Virus record (IMG/VR): IMGVR_UViG_2563366941_000007
Location: 1-55,118 of that record
Source of the DNA: a virus
Lineage: Duplodnaviria; Heunggongvirae; Uroviricota; Caudoviricetes
Reading direction: 5' to 3' (one strand)
Length of the DNA stretch: 55,118 nucleotides
Shown: in pieces, positions 20,429 through 29,260 of the stretch
Layout: each line of letters begins with the position of its first letter
How positions within the stretch are numbered: the first letter of the stretch is position 1
Program-made: the position numbers and the translations under genes
Notes under the pieces: generated by a model
Seen by the model: the letters and a program-made list of their open reading frames with translations, nothing else
The model's database searches: none
What the model was told of the DNA's origin: nothing

Positions 20429-21469
20429 TTAGCCAATGCGAACGGTAACAAAACGATTGATGCGGGCCGGTATTGGCTGTGGTGCTGAATGTGTCTGCAC
20501 ATATTCAATAGCCGGATCACCAGGCACAATATAGTTTTTCGGTGCAAGTTCGGCTTTAGTCAGCCCCATTCGGATTAGCTCCGGATCCTGAATACCGCCA
20601 TAGGCGACAATCCCCTGAAGAGCCGTATTGCCAAGCACCATCAAATCAGGATCAAGGAAATGTTTTTCTGTTCCGTCCTCGTCGGTATAACGCCCGCTGT
20701 AAACAACAATCGCAACATCGCCCATATACCCTTTAAAACTCACCGAATCACCAAGGTCTTTAAGGGCCGTTTCCAGTTCGGAATTAGAACCACGACGGGT
20801 ATCCAAAGCCTCTTTTATCGCTCTGAATGAACGGTATTTCTTCCATACATTACCACCCATAATGATGATATTAGTGACGCCCTCACTAAATTCTGCGTAG
20901 CTCTCAATATCATCATTTGGATCAAAAGTTTCTTTATCCTTACCTGACCACTCAGTACCGCCAGACTGAGTGATGATATTTTGTGGTTTTATATTCCAGT
21001 CCAGCTCATAACGTTCAATACCATCGCCCTCAATGATATTTTTCCCCGTTGTGATTGCCTGAACAGCAAGCCATTCAATACGTGCACGAATAGCTTTAGC
21101 CTGATTTACAATCGCCTGTTTAACTTTAATATTACGCGCCCCAAAAGCATTGTATTGCTCAGGTGACACACCAACAGGGCGCACAGCTAACTTATTTGGA
21201 TCAATGCTGCTTTTCGGCTTCATATAACCTGGACGAATTGTTTTTGATTCGTATCCCTCATCTCGTGAAACTTTACTGCCCACCATAGGAGAGCAAAACG
21301 CCGCGATCGGGATATTTGGATCGTCGATCGTATCAAGAATAATGTCTCTCGATTCAAACATTACCGAGCGAGTGAAAAACAAACTGGTAAACAACGCATT
21401 TAATTTTTTTTGTACATCTACAGCATTAACCACCTGTACAAGCTGAGTAGGCGAATATAAATCAACCAT
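20429..21469 (-). CDS. Major capsid protein, divergent homolog of lambda gpE
   Basis: Shares PGYMKPK, QSGGTEWS, DTRRGSNSELETALKDLG, GDVAIVVYSG, MVLGNT blocks with gpE; start at 21469 is preceded by AAGAGGA. Confidence 0.8.
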   Translation of the reverse strand: MVDLYSPTQLVQVVNAVDVQKKLNALFTSLFFTRSVMFESRDIILDTIDDPNIPIAAFCSPMVGSKVSRDEGYESKTIRPGYMKPKSSIDPNKLAVRPVGVSPEQYNAFGARNIKVKQAIVNQAKAIRARIEWLAVQAITTGKNIIEGDGIERYELDWNIKPQNIITQSGGTEWSGKDKETFDPNDDIESYAEFSEGVTNIIIMGGNVWKKYRSFRAIKEALDTRRGSNSELETALKDLGDSVSFKGYMGDVAIVVYSGRYTDEDGTEKHFLDPDLMVLGNTALQGIVAYGGIQDPELIRMGLTKAELAPKNYIVPGDPAIEYVQTHSAPQPIPARINRFVTVRIG

Positions 21470-21751
21470 ACGCATCCTCTTTGCATTCATTAAAAATAAT
21501 TGTGGATATATGCTATCACCGATATTTGTCATGCGAACACATGCAACCGAGTGCAATGTTGTATAAAGTTTTGGGGTGACAACTTCAGTGCGGACAATTA
21601 GTGTTAATATCTTCACTCCCTTTGGTCGGGATTTATGTAGCATGCCGGAAAATTTATTTTTTCCGGCCTTTTTTTATTGGCAATATTTAAAACGGGGGTG
21701 ATGCTGCCAACTTACTGATTCAGTGTATGATGGTGTTTTTGAGGTGCTCCA

Positions 21752-22027
21752 GTGGCTTCTGTTTCTATCAGCTGTCCCTCCTGTTCAGCTACTGACGGGG
21801 TGGTGCGTAACGGCAAAAGCACCGCCGGACATCAGCGCTATCTCTGCTCTCACTGCCGTAAAACATGGCAACTGCAGTTCACTTACACCGCTTCTCAACC
21901 CGGTACGCACCAGAAAATCATTGATATGGCCATGAATGGCGTTGGATGCCGGGCAACAGCCCGCATTATGGGCGTTGGCCTCAACACGATTTTACGTCAC
22001 TTAAAAAACTCAGGCCGCAGTCGGTAA
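21752..22027 (+). CDS. insA: IS1 InsA
   Basis: 91-aa [43 protein letters not shown]... Confidence 0.95.
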
Positions 22028-22449
22028 CCTCGCGCATACAGCCGGGCAGTGACGTCATCGTCTGCGCGGAAATGGACGAACAGTGGGGCTATGTCGGGGC
22101 TAAATCGCGCCAGCGCTGGCTGTTTTACGCGTATGACAGGCTCCGGAAGACGGTTGTTGCGCACGTATTCGGTGAACGCACTATGGCGACGCTGGGGCGT
22201 CTTATGAGCCTGCTGTCACCCTTTGACGTGGTGATATGGATGACGGATGGCTGGCCGCTGTATGAATCCCGCCTGAAGGGAAAGCTGCACGTAATCAGCA
22301 AGCGATATACGCAGCGAATTGAGCGGCATAACCTGAATCTGAGGCAGCACCTGGCACGGCTGGGACGGAAGTCGCTGTCGTTCTCAAAATCGGTGGAGCT
22401 GCATGACAAAGTCATCGGGCATTATCTGAACATAAAACACTATCAATAA
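21946..22449 (+). CDS. insB: IS1 InsB reading frame (InsAB' transposase made by -1 frameshift)
   Basis: ORF ...[50 protein letters not shown]... typical of IS1 InsB. Confidence 0.9.
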
Positions 22450-22463
22450 GTTGGAGTCATTAC

Positions 22464-22913
22464 CTAAAACGGGATATCATCTCCCCATTGCTCATTATCT
22501 CCCACTGGTGGCTGGCTTCCTTGCTGATCTGCCTGTTGTTTTGCTCTGTTCAGTGCGTCAGTAGCCTGCCCCTGTTGGCCTTTATTGCCGCCCGGTCGCA
22601 CCGATCGCGCACTGATTACGCTGTCTGCGATAACCTGCCAGCCCTGCCGCGTTTCGCCGTTCTGTCCAGTCCACTGGCTCATCTGCATGTTACCCGCCAC
22701 GCTCAGGAGTTCGCCTTTGTGATGCTTTGCCAGCGCGTCGGCTTGTCTGCCAAACGCCAGGACAGATAACCACATCGTCGCCTGACCGTCATCCGACTGA
22801 CTGCAGGGCAGTGATACCGCCATACGCGCCAACGTCATGGGGGTGCCCTTGCTGGTCTGTTTTGTCTGCGGGTCGTCCACCGACCGCCCGTAAACTGATA
22901 TTTGCGCCGTCAT
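22464..22913 (-). CDS. Single-stranded DNA-binding protein (SSB-like)
   Basis: 149-aa ORF with OB-fold-like core and acidic C-terminal tail ending DDIPF; the present stop codon TAG is formed by the last base of IS1 plus the target duplication. Confidence 0.7.
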   Translation of the reverse strand: MTAQISVYGRSVDDPQTKQTSKGTPMTLARMAVSLPCSQSDDGQATMWLSVLAFGRQADALAKHHKGELLSVAGNMQMSQWTGQNGETRQGWQVIADSVISARSVRPGGNKGQQGQATDALNRAKQQADQQGSQPPVGDNEQWGDDIPF

Positions 22914-23155
22914 GCGGCCTGCTCTCCGGACTTAATATTGATTGTTGTCACTTCCTCCGCTTCAGCAATCTCCCGTTCGGTCAGAGTGGCAAAGTTTGCA
23001 GCCGCCGTTGTCATGAATGCGCTAATCAGTTCGGGATGTGCTTTCGCGTATCCTTCCCCGGCGTTGCGGTCGATGATTTTTATCGACACCCTTAACCAGT
23101 ATTCCGTCAAATCAAGGGCGTGCGATTGTGATTTTTTTGTGTGCTTCGCTGTCAT
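22910..23155 (-). CDS. Hypothetical protein (81 aa) upstream of ssb
   Basis: ORF with overlapping ATGA junction to ssb; no recognisable family. Confidence 0.4.
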   Translation of the reverse strand: MTAKHTKKSQSHALDLTEYWLRVSIKIIDRNAGEGYAKAHPELISAFMTTAAANFATLTEREIAEAEEVTTINIKSGEQAA

Positions 23156-23205
23156 AGGCTTTATCTCACAGCAGTAAATTAAAATTTTTGCGTTTTAACC
23201 CTTCA

Positions 23206-23430
23206 TCTGTTCACCTTTTGATATTTTCTCTTTTAATTCATAATGTTAATGGGTAAACAGTTTCACAAAAACTATTCACCAACTGTTCACCACTGTTCAC
23301 CCTTGAAGCTCAATAAACAATCAAAAAGGTGAACAGTGAATAGTTTGGTGAACAGTTCATAAATAACTGTTCACCCTATAATATACTGATATAAAAGATA
23401 TTTATGACAGGGTGAACAGTGGTGAACAGT
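23206..23430. repeat. Iteron cluster (about 9 copies of GGTGAACAGT / ACTGTTCACC in both orientations): candidate replication origin
   Basis: Repeats read directly at 23206, 23272, 23282, 23292, 23328, 23347, 23367, 23411, 23421; AT-rich spacers; immediately 3' of the rep gene. Confidence 0.7.
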
Positions 23431-23442
23431 TATTCCATAAGT

Positions 23443-25263
23443 TTAATTTTTGCTATCGTCATTAGTGACCGATACACATGATGGCATCCAGTCTTCTGAT
23501 TCCTCCGTCAGTGTCACGTTTGAACGCAAACCGTGCTTCGTTTTCCGTTTCATATACTCCCTGCCATATTCCGCCATTGCCCCCGGCATATCTTTACCGA
23601 AGCGCGTCAGTGTTACAGGTTTACCAAACCCATGTGCCCTCATATAAGCCAGATAGGCATGATAGAGATACCTGCGTGGGCTGAATGGCACAATTTCAGC
23701 ATTACCCACTAACAGGCCATCACACATTACCGATGCCATGAGATAGCCGCAGAAGTCCACCAGCGAATCCCCCTCTCGCTTTATCGCCAGTGCTTCTTCA
23801 GATTTCTGCTGCTCATATAACAGGCGTCTGGCTTCGTCCTGATCAGCAAACCGTGTAAGCAGATGACGAATCACTACCGCCAGCTCACCTTCTATTTTTT
23901 CCGCCAGCATCGAATCGCGTTCGTTCTCCGGTACAACTTCCGAAAAATTGAATATCACCCGACGACGTGAGATCCCCCCGCTGCGGTCACTGAATGACAT
24001 GGCGTTATTGTTAACCGCCAGCACTACTGCCGGAATACGCGTTGAATAGGGGGCTTTGTGTTTCGGGTCAATTGCCACCTTGTCACCGCCTGTAATGGCC
24101 TTAATCCCTGCCCCATCACCAGCGTAGCGGGTCATATCCGGCATGATAATCAGCGAAAAGCCAACCACTAACGCACGTTCCCTTGCATCTTCCAGCGCCT
24201 TCATGCTTGCTGATACTGTATTAGCCTTACCCGCCAGCATGGTGCAAATCTCCGCCATCACACTTTTACCACTTCCCCCCGGCCCTGTTACCTCAATGAA
24301 TAACTGCCAGTCGTACCGGTTCGCCAGCACCATGAATAATGCCGCCAGTACGCGATCTGCCTTGCGGTCATTCTCAGCCACCGAACGGCGCAACCACTTC
24401 CAGAAATTCGGCGCATGTGTTGCCAGCGTTTCCCCCTCTGCTGGTGGGCTGAAAGGTAATTCACTGGCAATTAACAACCAGTCGTTTTTGTTATGCTCCC
24501 GAAAATTACCAGTTCTGGTATCAAATACCCCGTTACTGAATCCAATCAGGTTACGGGCTGTATTCCCCATTACAGGCAAACTTAACTTCATGGTATCTAC
24601 CGCCGATTTAATAGCGTTCTGCGAATAGCTGATCTCCGCATCAATGAAAATCTGCGCCATAGCACGCTGTAACTCTTTATCCTGAACCGGCTCCCATACA
24701 ACGCCGTTGTAATGATGAACGGTGTCAGAGTCGGCATTGATTGCCAGTTCACCGCCATAATGTGCAAGGAGAACTTCACCGCGCTGGCTGGCCCCCATCT
24801 GATTCAACGCCAAAGATGAAGCACGCTCGTCATTTTTGCGCTCTGCCTTCTTCACTGGCAGTTCAATCACCAGACTTTCCCCATGCTCCGCTTCAGCTTT
24901 TAGGCCGACAAGGCGCGGAGTCCAGTCTTCAGGCTCTCGATCAACAAAGCTACGGTAACAACGTGCTTCCTTTACGCCTGCAATAGCAAGTAATGTCGCA
25001 ACCTTCGTCAGACTTTTCTCTGCAATCTTTCCGGCACGATAAACACGCACATAATGACGGCCTTCATCGATAATTTGCATATCATCCAGGTTTTCCAGTT
25101 GTTCCGTACCCAGAATGACTGGTGGTGTATCATCTGCTGCAATATGCTTACCTGCCCATTCATTCCATTCTTTTGCATGGCTCCAGGCATCACTGCCAGC
25201 AAAAATGATGACTTCCGTCATTTTGTCGCGCGGTTGGTATTTTAAGTTCGGAGCACGTTTCAT
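23443..25263 (-). CDS. Replication initiator, P4-alpha/D5-type SF3 helicase family (primase-helicase-like)
   Basis: 606-aa ORF with Walker A GPGGSGKS and surrounding D5/SF3-helicase-like sequence; adjacent to the iteron cluster. Confidence 0.7.
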   Translation of the reverse strand: MKRAPNLKYQPRDKMTEVIIFAGSDAWSHAKEWNEWAGKHIAADDTPPVILGTEQLENLDDMQIIDEGRHYVRVYRAGKIAEKSLTKVATLLAIAGVKEARCYRSFVDREPEDWTPRLVGLKAEAEHGESLVIELPVKKAERKNDERASSLALNQMGASQRGEVLLAHYGGELAINADSDTVHHYNGVVWEPVQDKELQRAMAQIFIDAEISYSQNAIKSAVDTMKLSLPVMGNTARNLIGFSNGVFDTRTGNFREHNKNDWLLIASELPFSPPAEGETLATHAPNFWKWLRRSVAENDRKADRVLAALFMVLANRYDWQLFIEVTGPGGSGKSVMAEICTMLAGKANTVSASMKALEDARERALVVGFSLIIMPDMTRYAGDGAGIKAITGGDKVAIDPKHKAPYSTRIPAVVLAVNNNAMSFSDRSGGISRRRVIFNFSEVVPENERDSMLAEKIEGELAVVIRHLLTRFADQDEARRLLYEQQKSEEALAIKREGDSLVDFCGYLMASVMCDGLLVGNAEIVPFSPRRYLYHAYLAYMRAHGFGKPVTLTRFGKDMPGAMAEYGREYMKRKTKHGLRSNVTLTEESEDWMPSCVSVTNDDSKN

Positions 25264-25526
25264 TTGTTACCTCCGGCAACTAACATTGCCCGAATTTTAC
25301 GGATATAGCCTGCGGCACGCCTCTGATTATCTGTCTTGCAATTTTTTACCAGAATGAAATCTCTTTCGAACTGCTGACGCGGCATAACACATTCAAAATC
25401 ATAACCATCACGCAAATAAGAGACACGACGATCATCAACCGAAATAATCTTTACCCGATAGCCATAGCTGTCTTTGAAAATATCCCCAAGGCTGATTTTT
25501 GAATGAGTGGATTTGACCGCTGGCAA
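25260..25526 (-). CDS. Hypothetical protein (88 aa), translationally coupled to rep
   Basis: ORF with ATGA overlap to the rep start. Confidence 0.4.
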   Translation of the reverse strand: MPAVKSTHSKISLGDIFKDSYGYRVKIISVDDRRVSYLRDGYDFECVMPRQQFERDFILVKNCKTDNQRRAAGYIRKIRAMLVAGGNK

Positions 25527-25554
25527 TAAAGCCAGAAAATTTATTTTTCATTTT

Positions 25555-25779
25555 TTATTCTCCGGTATAGCTCTGGTCGTGTATTTTTATAGCTTCATCC
25601 AGCTCTTTGATGACAGGATCAAGTAACGTAATTAACGCTCCAGCTAAATTAGCATCCCGTTCATCGTGTTCCGCATTTGTTGTCCCATCAAGCCAGGTTG
25701 ATAAGATTTCTCGCATATTTTTGCCACAAACGAGCGCGTTTTCAGCATGTGTCAGCACTTTAAAATAAAGATCATTCAT
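25555..25779 (-). CDS. Hypothetical protein (74 aa)
   Basis: ORF in the same operon orientation; overlaps the upstream ORF by 8 nt. Confidence 0.4.
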   Translation of the reverse strand: MNDLYFKVLTHAENALVCGKNMREILSTWLDGTTNAEHDERDANLAGALITLLDPVIKELDEAIKIHDQSYTGE

Positions 25780-25975
25780 GGCACACCTCCTGACGAATAC
25801 GGGCGGCGAATATCATCACGTAGCCAGTTGGGGATTGCAGCCGGGCTTCCTGTTCGCTGGCGGCCTCGATGGTAATCACGCGCGGTTGTGCCGTACTCAG
25901 GGCGATAAAACGCCAGATGTATTTATTCAGGTTGTGCGGGTCCCGCCCTTGCGGGTGTGTGGTATGATTTCTCAT
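25772..25975 (-). CDS. Hypothetical protein (67 aa), first gene of the leftward replication operon
   Basis: Start at 25975 is preceded by GAGG at good spacing; the ORF track's longer 104-aa version is probably over-extended. Confidence 0.4.
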   Translation of the reverse strand: MRNHTTHPQGRDPHNLNKYIWRFIALSTAQPRVITIEAASEQEARLQSPTGYVMIFAARIRQEVCHE

Positions 25976-26010
25976 AGCTACCTCGATACTGTTGCTATCG
26001 TTGGTGGTTA

Positions 26011-26056
26011 GAAGCCCGTTGGTGTTCCTAGCACCTTCGGGCTTTGCTTTTTTAAG
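26011..26056 (+). terminator. Two-tier GC hairpin followed by a T-run (terminator-like or small RNA 3' end)
   Basis: GAAGCCCG...CGGGCTTT stem enclosing GGTG...CACC, followed by GCTTTTTT; no plus-strand gene upstream. Confidence 0.3.
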
Positions 26057-26068
26057 TGCCTCCGTGTT

Positions 26069-26118
26069 AAGGTGGTCACCTAACAATGAAAAGGCTAATT
26101 CAATAGGTGGTCACTTGT
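26069..26118. promoter_or_regulatory. Direct repeats AGGTGGTCAC (two copies ~36 bp apart) upstream of the RHH gene; candidate operator
   Basis: AAGGTGGTCACCTAACA at 26069 and AGGTGGTCACTTGTCAACG at 26105, in the divergent intergenic region. Confidence 0.35.
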
Positions 26119-26174
26119 CAACGATCAAACGCGATAAAAGTCCTAAGGGTGATGGGCAATCTCCACAATTCAGA

Positions 26175-26306
26175 ATGCGAATTTCTCCAGAGCTAAAAGA
26201 GCAATTCGACAAAGAAGCGCAGAGCGACGGCATAAGCCTAGCCAACTGGCTTAAAGAATTAGGGCGCAAAGAGCTGCTACGGCGCGGTATTGAACCAAAA
26301 GGATAA
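26175..26306 (+). CDS. Ribbon-helix-helix (Arc/CopG-like) DNA-binding protein
   Basis: 43-aa product MRISPELKEQFDKEAQSDGISLANWLKELGRKELLRRGIEPKG has an RHH-like strand-helix-helix pattern; start chosen inside the longer ORF 25992..26306. Confidence 0.5.
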   Translation: MRISPELKEQFDKEAQSDGISLANWLKELGRKELLRRGIEPKG

Positions 26307-26333
26307 GAATAATTGAAGTCAAGGAGCTAACAC

Positions 26334-26690
26334 ATGAAATACGAATTCTTCGCAACAAGTAGCAGTAGTTTGGATGTATACATAGTCACTGTATCAAACG
26401 ATTCTGGCTCTCTAATCATGACTTGTAATTGTCCAGCAGGAAGTAAAGGTATTCTATGTAGACACCGTAAAGCTTTAATTACCGGAAAAATCCGCGGTAT
26501 ATTCACTCCCCCAAGAAGGAATAATCCCGAAAAATTACAAGAAGCTATAAATTTAATAGCCACATATGGCATAGATAAAACATTAAAGTTGTACACTGAT
26601 GAGTTAGAACGAGCAGAACAGACTTGGATAAGTGTTCGCGATAATTTGAGAGCAATGATAAACGCTCTTGTTGAACCACCTAAATATTGA
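26334..26690 (+). CDS. Small SWIM-type zinc-finger protein (CxCx9CxH), AT-rich cargo gene
   Basis: 118 aa; motif MTCNCPAGSKGILCRH; strongly AT-rich coding sequence. Confidence 0.5.
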   Translation: MKYEFFATSSSSLDVYIVTVSNDSGSLIMTCNCPAGSKGILCRHRKALITGKIRGIFTPPRRNNPEKLQEAINLIATYGIDKTLKLYTDELERAEQTWISVRDNLRAMINALVEPPKY

Positions 26691-26821
26691 ACTGTTCACA
26701 TTGCCTATCAGGCGATAACCTCGTATTCTGATTAAGGCTAACTATATACTCACATTGGCGACCAATTCTGGTCGCCTTTATCTACCATTTTTATAATATC
26801 ATAGATTAAGAGTGTTAATCC

Positions 26822-27676
26822 TTACCCCCTGAATGGAATTGATGAGGATTTAATTTCCACAGAACCAAATCCTCTTGAATCCAAAAACATTTTTATACCA
26901 GCCTCAATAAAATCATAATCGCTTGTCGGGCCAATTGTAATGCTTTTAATTGGTAACTTTCTATTATCTTTATTATTAATAATGATATAAGGGATGATAC
27001 CATTATTATTTATTCTAAATTTCACATCTGGCATTTGTATCCACGGAGTAAACACCAGTCTAAATTCATTTTCTTCGATAAAACTAGGATGTTTAAAAAA
27101 TGGGATATATTTAGATATAAATTGATACGTAGAGACCATTGTTACAAAATGATCATTCATTTCTTTAATGTTAATACCATTACAAGAAAAAAACTCATCC
27201 AACTCCTTACTCATCTTTGTAATATCGTCATTATTTGAATATATAACATCATGTGCAACACAATTTAAATAAATATTTTGACAAAAACTCACAAGTTCAT
27301 CCGCATCAAATTCAATGCAAACGCCCTGTTTATTTCCGTAACCTCTCCACTGACTTAACTTATCGTTTTCTTTACAAAAAGATATGCTATAAACATGTTT
27401 ATCAATCCCTTTTTCTTTTTGTAACTTCCCTTTCTCATACATGTCAAGAGACTTGAGCAAAATAGTTTTCTTATCTTTTGGGATGATATTATCATCAACT
27501 ATTTTAATTGTATTTCGAAAACATTCACATCCATGGTTAGACTCCTCTTTATCATTTAAGAAATATATATTTGTAGCCCATAAAGAATTAGAGTCTAATA
27601 TACCTTTCAAACCAAAAAGATCTGTATAATGAAATATAGCCACAATGCCCCACCTAATAGTTAAGTCGTTTCCCAC
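26822..27676 (-). CDS. DUF2971-like protein, AT-rich cargo gene (candidate defence-associated)
   Basis: 284 aa; N-terminal FHYTDLFGLKGILDSNSLWATNIYFLNDKEE fits the DUF2971 signature as recalled; AT-rich. Confidence 0.55.
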   Translation of the reverse strand: MGNDLTIRWGIVAIFHYTDLFGLKGILDSNSLWATNIYFLNDKEESNHGCECFRNTIKIVDDNIIPKDKKTILLKSLDMYEKGKLQKEKGIDKHVYSISFCKENDKLSQWRGYGNKQGVCIEFDADELVSFCQNIYLNCVAHDVIYSNNDDITKMSKELDEFFSCNGINIKEMNDHFVTMVSTYQFISKYIPFFKHPSFIEENEFRLVFTPWIQMPDVKFRINNNGIIPYIIINNKDNRKLPIKSITIGPTSDYDFIEAGIKMFLDSRGFGSVEIKSSSIPFRG

Positions 27677-27891
27677 TCACCTCGAATCCATGCCTGCACT
27701 TCTGAAAGACGATATGCAACAGCAGTGGAACCAATCTTGATCCGCTTAGGAAATTTTCCTTCCTTCTCCAGCTTCCAGCGTGTGCTGTTCGCAAGAGTGG
27801 TTAGCTCCCGACATTCTTTCTCACGGATCATACGATCGATGTTAGGAATGTACTCCAGACCCTTTTTATCAACAATTGCCATTTTTTTCAT
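27661..27891 (-). CDS. alpA: AlpA-family transcriptional regulator/excisionase-like HTH protein
   Basis: 76 aa; ...LTTLANSTRWKLEKEGKFPKRIKIGSTAVAYRLSEVQAWIRG matches the AlpA (CP4-57 regulatory) family; adjacent to int. Confidence 0.75.
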   Translation of the reverse strand: MKKMAIVDKKGLEYIPNIDRMIREKECRELTTLANSTRWKLEKEGKFPKRIKIGSTAVAYRLSEVQAWIRGEWETT

Positions 27892-27892
27892 G

Positions 27893-29128
27893 TTAACCAG
27901 CCTTTTGTTTGAGGATTGTCACTTTTGAATCAGCACCTGCGATGCTATTGAGATATGTAGTCCAGAGTTCCAGAGCATCCAGTTTTTTAGCCATAAACTT
28001 ACTCCGGTTGTAAACACCCGCCACGCCAGGTAGCGCATGGCCTAACAGTTGTTCTACTACATAAAATTCAACACCGAGATCACTTAGATGAGTAGATAGC
28101 GTTCTTCTAAGGTCGTGTAGTGACCATTGTTTTTCATGGCCCAAACGTTTACCGATTTTCCCCCCAATCTTGCTTACGCTTTCTCTAATTCGCAGACTTC
28201 CCAGCACATAACCAGTATGTCTTGTCTCTTCGTGAACATCCGTTACCCACTGTCGTAGAATTTCAGGTACTGGTCTGACGATTTCAACACCAGTTTTTGA
28301 GTGATCTTTTGGTACCGTCCAAACCCAACTTTCGAGATCCCATTCGCTCCATTCAGATAATCGGGCTTCACTCATTCGACATCCAAATACTGTACAAAGC
28401 ACAAACATTTTTCGCGTGTATTCAGACATTAGTTTTAAATCAGGCTCGACAAAAATTGCCTTCCAGAGCTGGCCCAGTTCGGCTTCATCCAGAACCCGAT
28501 CCCGCTTACCTGCAATCTGCCCCACATCACTCATGCGCAAATCCTTTAAAGCATCACATGTCGCGTACTGGCGTACCCGACAAAAACGAAGAGCTAATTT
28601 AGTGTCAGAAAAAACATACGCCGCCATAACTGGTGCATTACGTTTAATTCGGTCAAAACAGTCCAGCCATTCATATAGGTGAGTGTCATTTACAGGCAAA
28701 TGACCGATATAGGGAAAGATATGCTTTCGAAATCTGCCAAGCGTTACAGCATGAGTTTTACGACGCACCTTACAGTAATTTTCATACCAGTAATTTAGTG
28801 CATCCTCCACTGTGACCGGCTTTAAGCGTTCTTCAGCCTGAATCTTAATCTGGATACGCGGATCACGTTTGTCAGCCAACCAACCACGGCACTCGTCGCG
28901 CTTTTCCCTTGCCTGTTTGAGTGACATATCAGGATATTTACCCAACGTTAGCCAGACCGGAGCAGCCCGGCCACCTGCTAACCTGTAGAAGAAAACAAAG
29001 CTCACAGCCCCCTTGGTACTCACACGAATAGAAAGCCCCTTTCCATCAGCAATGGTGATCTGCTTTTCTCTGGGTTTCCCCAGATATCCTTTAAGCGCTT
29101 TGTCGCTCAGTTTGTTCTCGCCAGCCAT
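27893..29128 (-). CDS. int: Tyrosine integrase, P4-like family
   Basis: Start MAGENKLSDKALKGYLGKPREKQITIADGKGLSIRVSTKG... has a P4-integrase-like N-terminus; C-terminal HDLRRT...LLGH...Y catalytic-region motifs; sits at the element end. Confidence 0.85.
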   Translation of the reverse strand: MAGENKLSDKALKGYLGKPREKQITIADGKGLSIRVSTKGAVSFVFFYRLAGGRAAPVWLTLGKYPDMSLKQAREKRDECRGWLADKRDPRIQIKIQAEERLKPVTVEDALNYWYENYCKVRRKTHAVTLGRFRKHIFPYIGHLPVNDTHLYEWLDCFDRIKRNAPVMAAYVFSDTKLALRFCRVRQYATCDALKDLRMSDVGQIAGKRDRVLDEAELGQLWKAIFVEPDLKLMSEYTRKMFVLCTVFGCRMSEARLSEWSEWDLESWVWTVPKDHSKTGVEIVRPVPEILRQWVTDVHEETRHTGYVLGSLRIRESVSKIGGKIGKRLGHEKQWSLHDLRRTLSTHLSDLGVEFYVVEQLLGHALPGVAGVYNRSKFMAKKLDALELWTTYLNSIAGADSKVTILKQKAG

Positions 29129-29138
29129 TTTTAGCCCC

Positions 29139-29164
29139 AAAAAGCAATACAAGCTGCAATACAG
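29139..29164. repeat. Tandem GCAATACA(N) motifs (AAAAAGCAATACAAGCTGCAATACAG), candidate arm-type/operator sites, right end
   Basis: Matches the motif at 17767..17792; lies just upstream of the int start codon. Confidence 0.45.
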
Positions 29165-29260
29165 AGATGATTGCAACACACAGATAACGAGGAAAATTCA
29201 GTGAAAGCGCCAGATAAACTTATTCTTTATTATCAAAAGATTAAGTGTAAAAACCAGCAA

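Larger units (their letters stand above)
21697..22464. mobile_element. IS1 insertion sequence (768 bp) with 9-bp target duplication TAAAACGGG
   Basis: Ends GGTGATGCTGCCAACTTACTGAT... and ...TTGGAGTCATTACC; insA/insB reading frames; identical 9-mers at 21688..21696 and 22465..22473. Confidence 0.95.
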
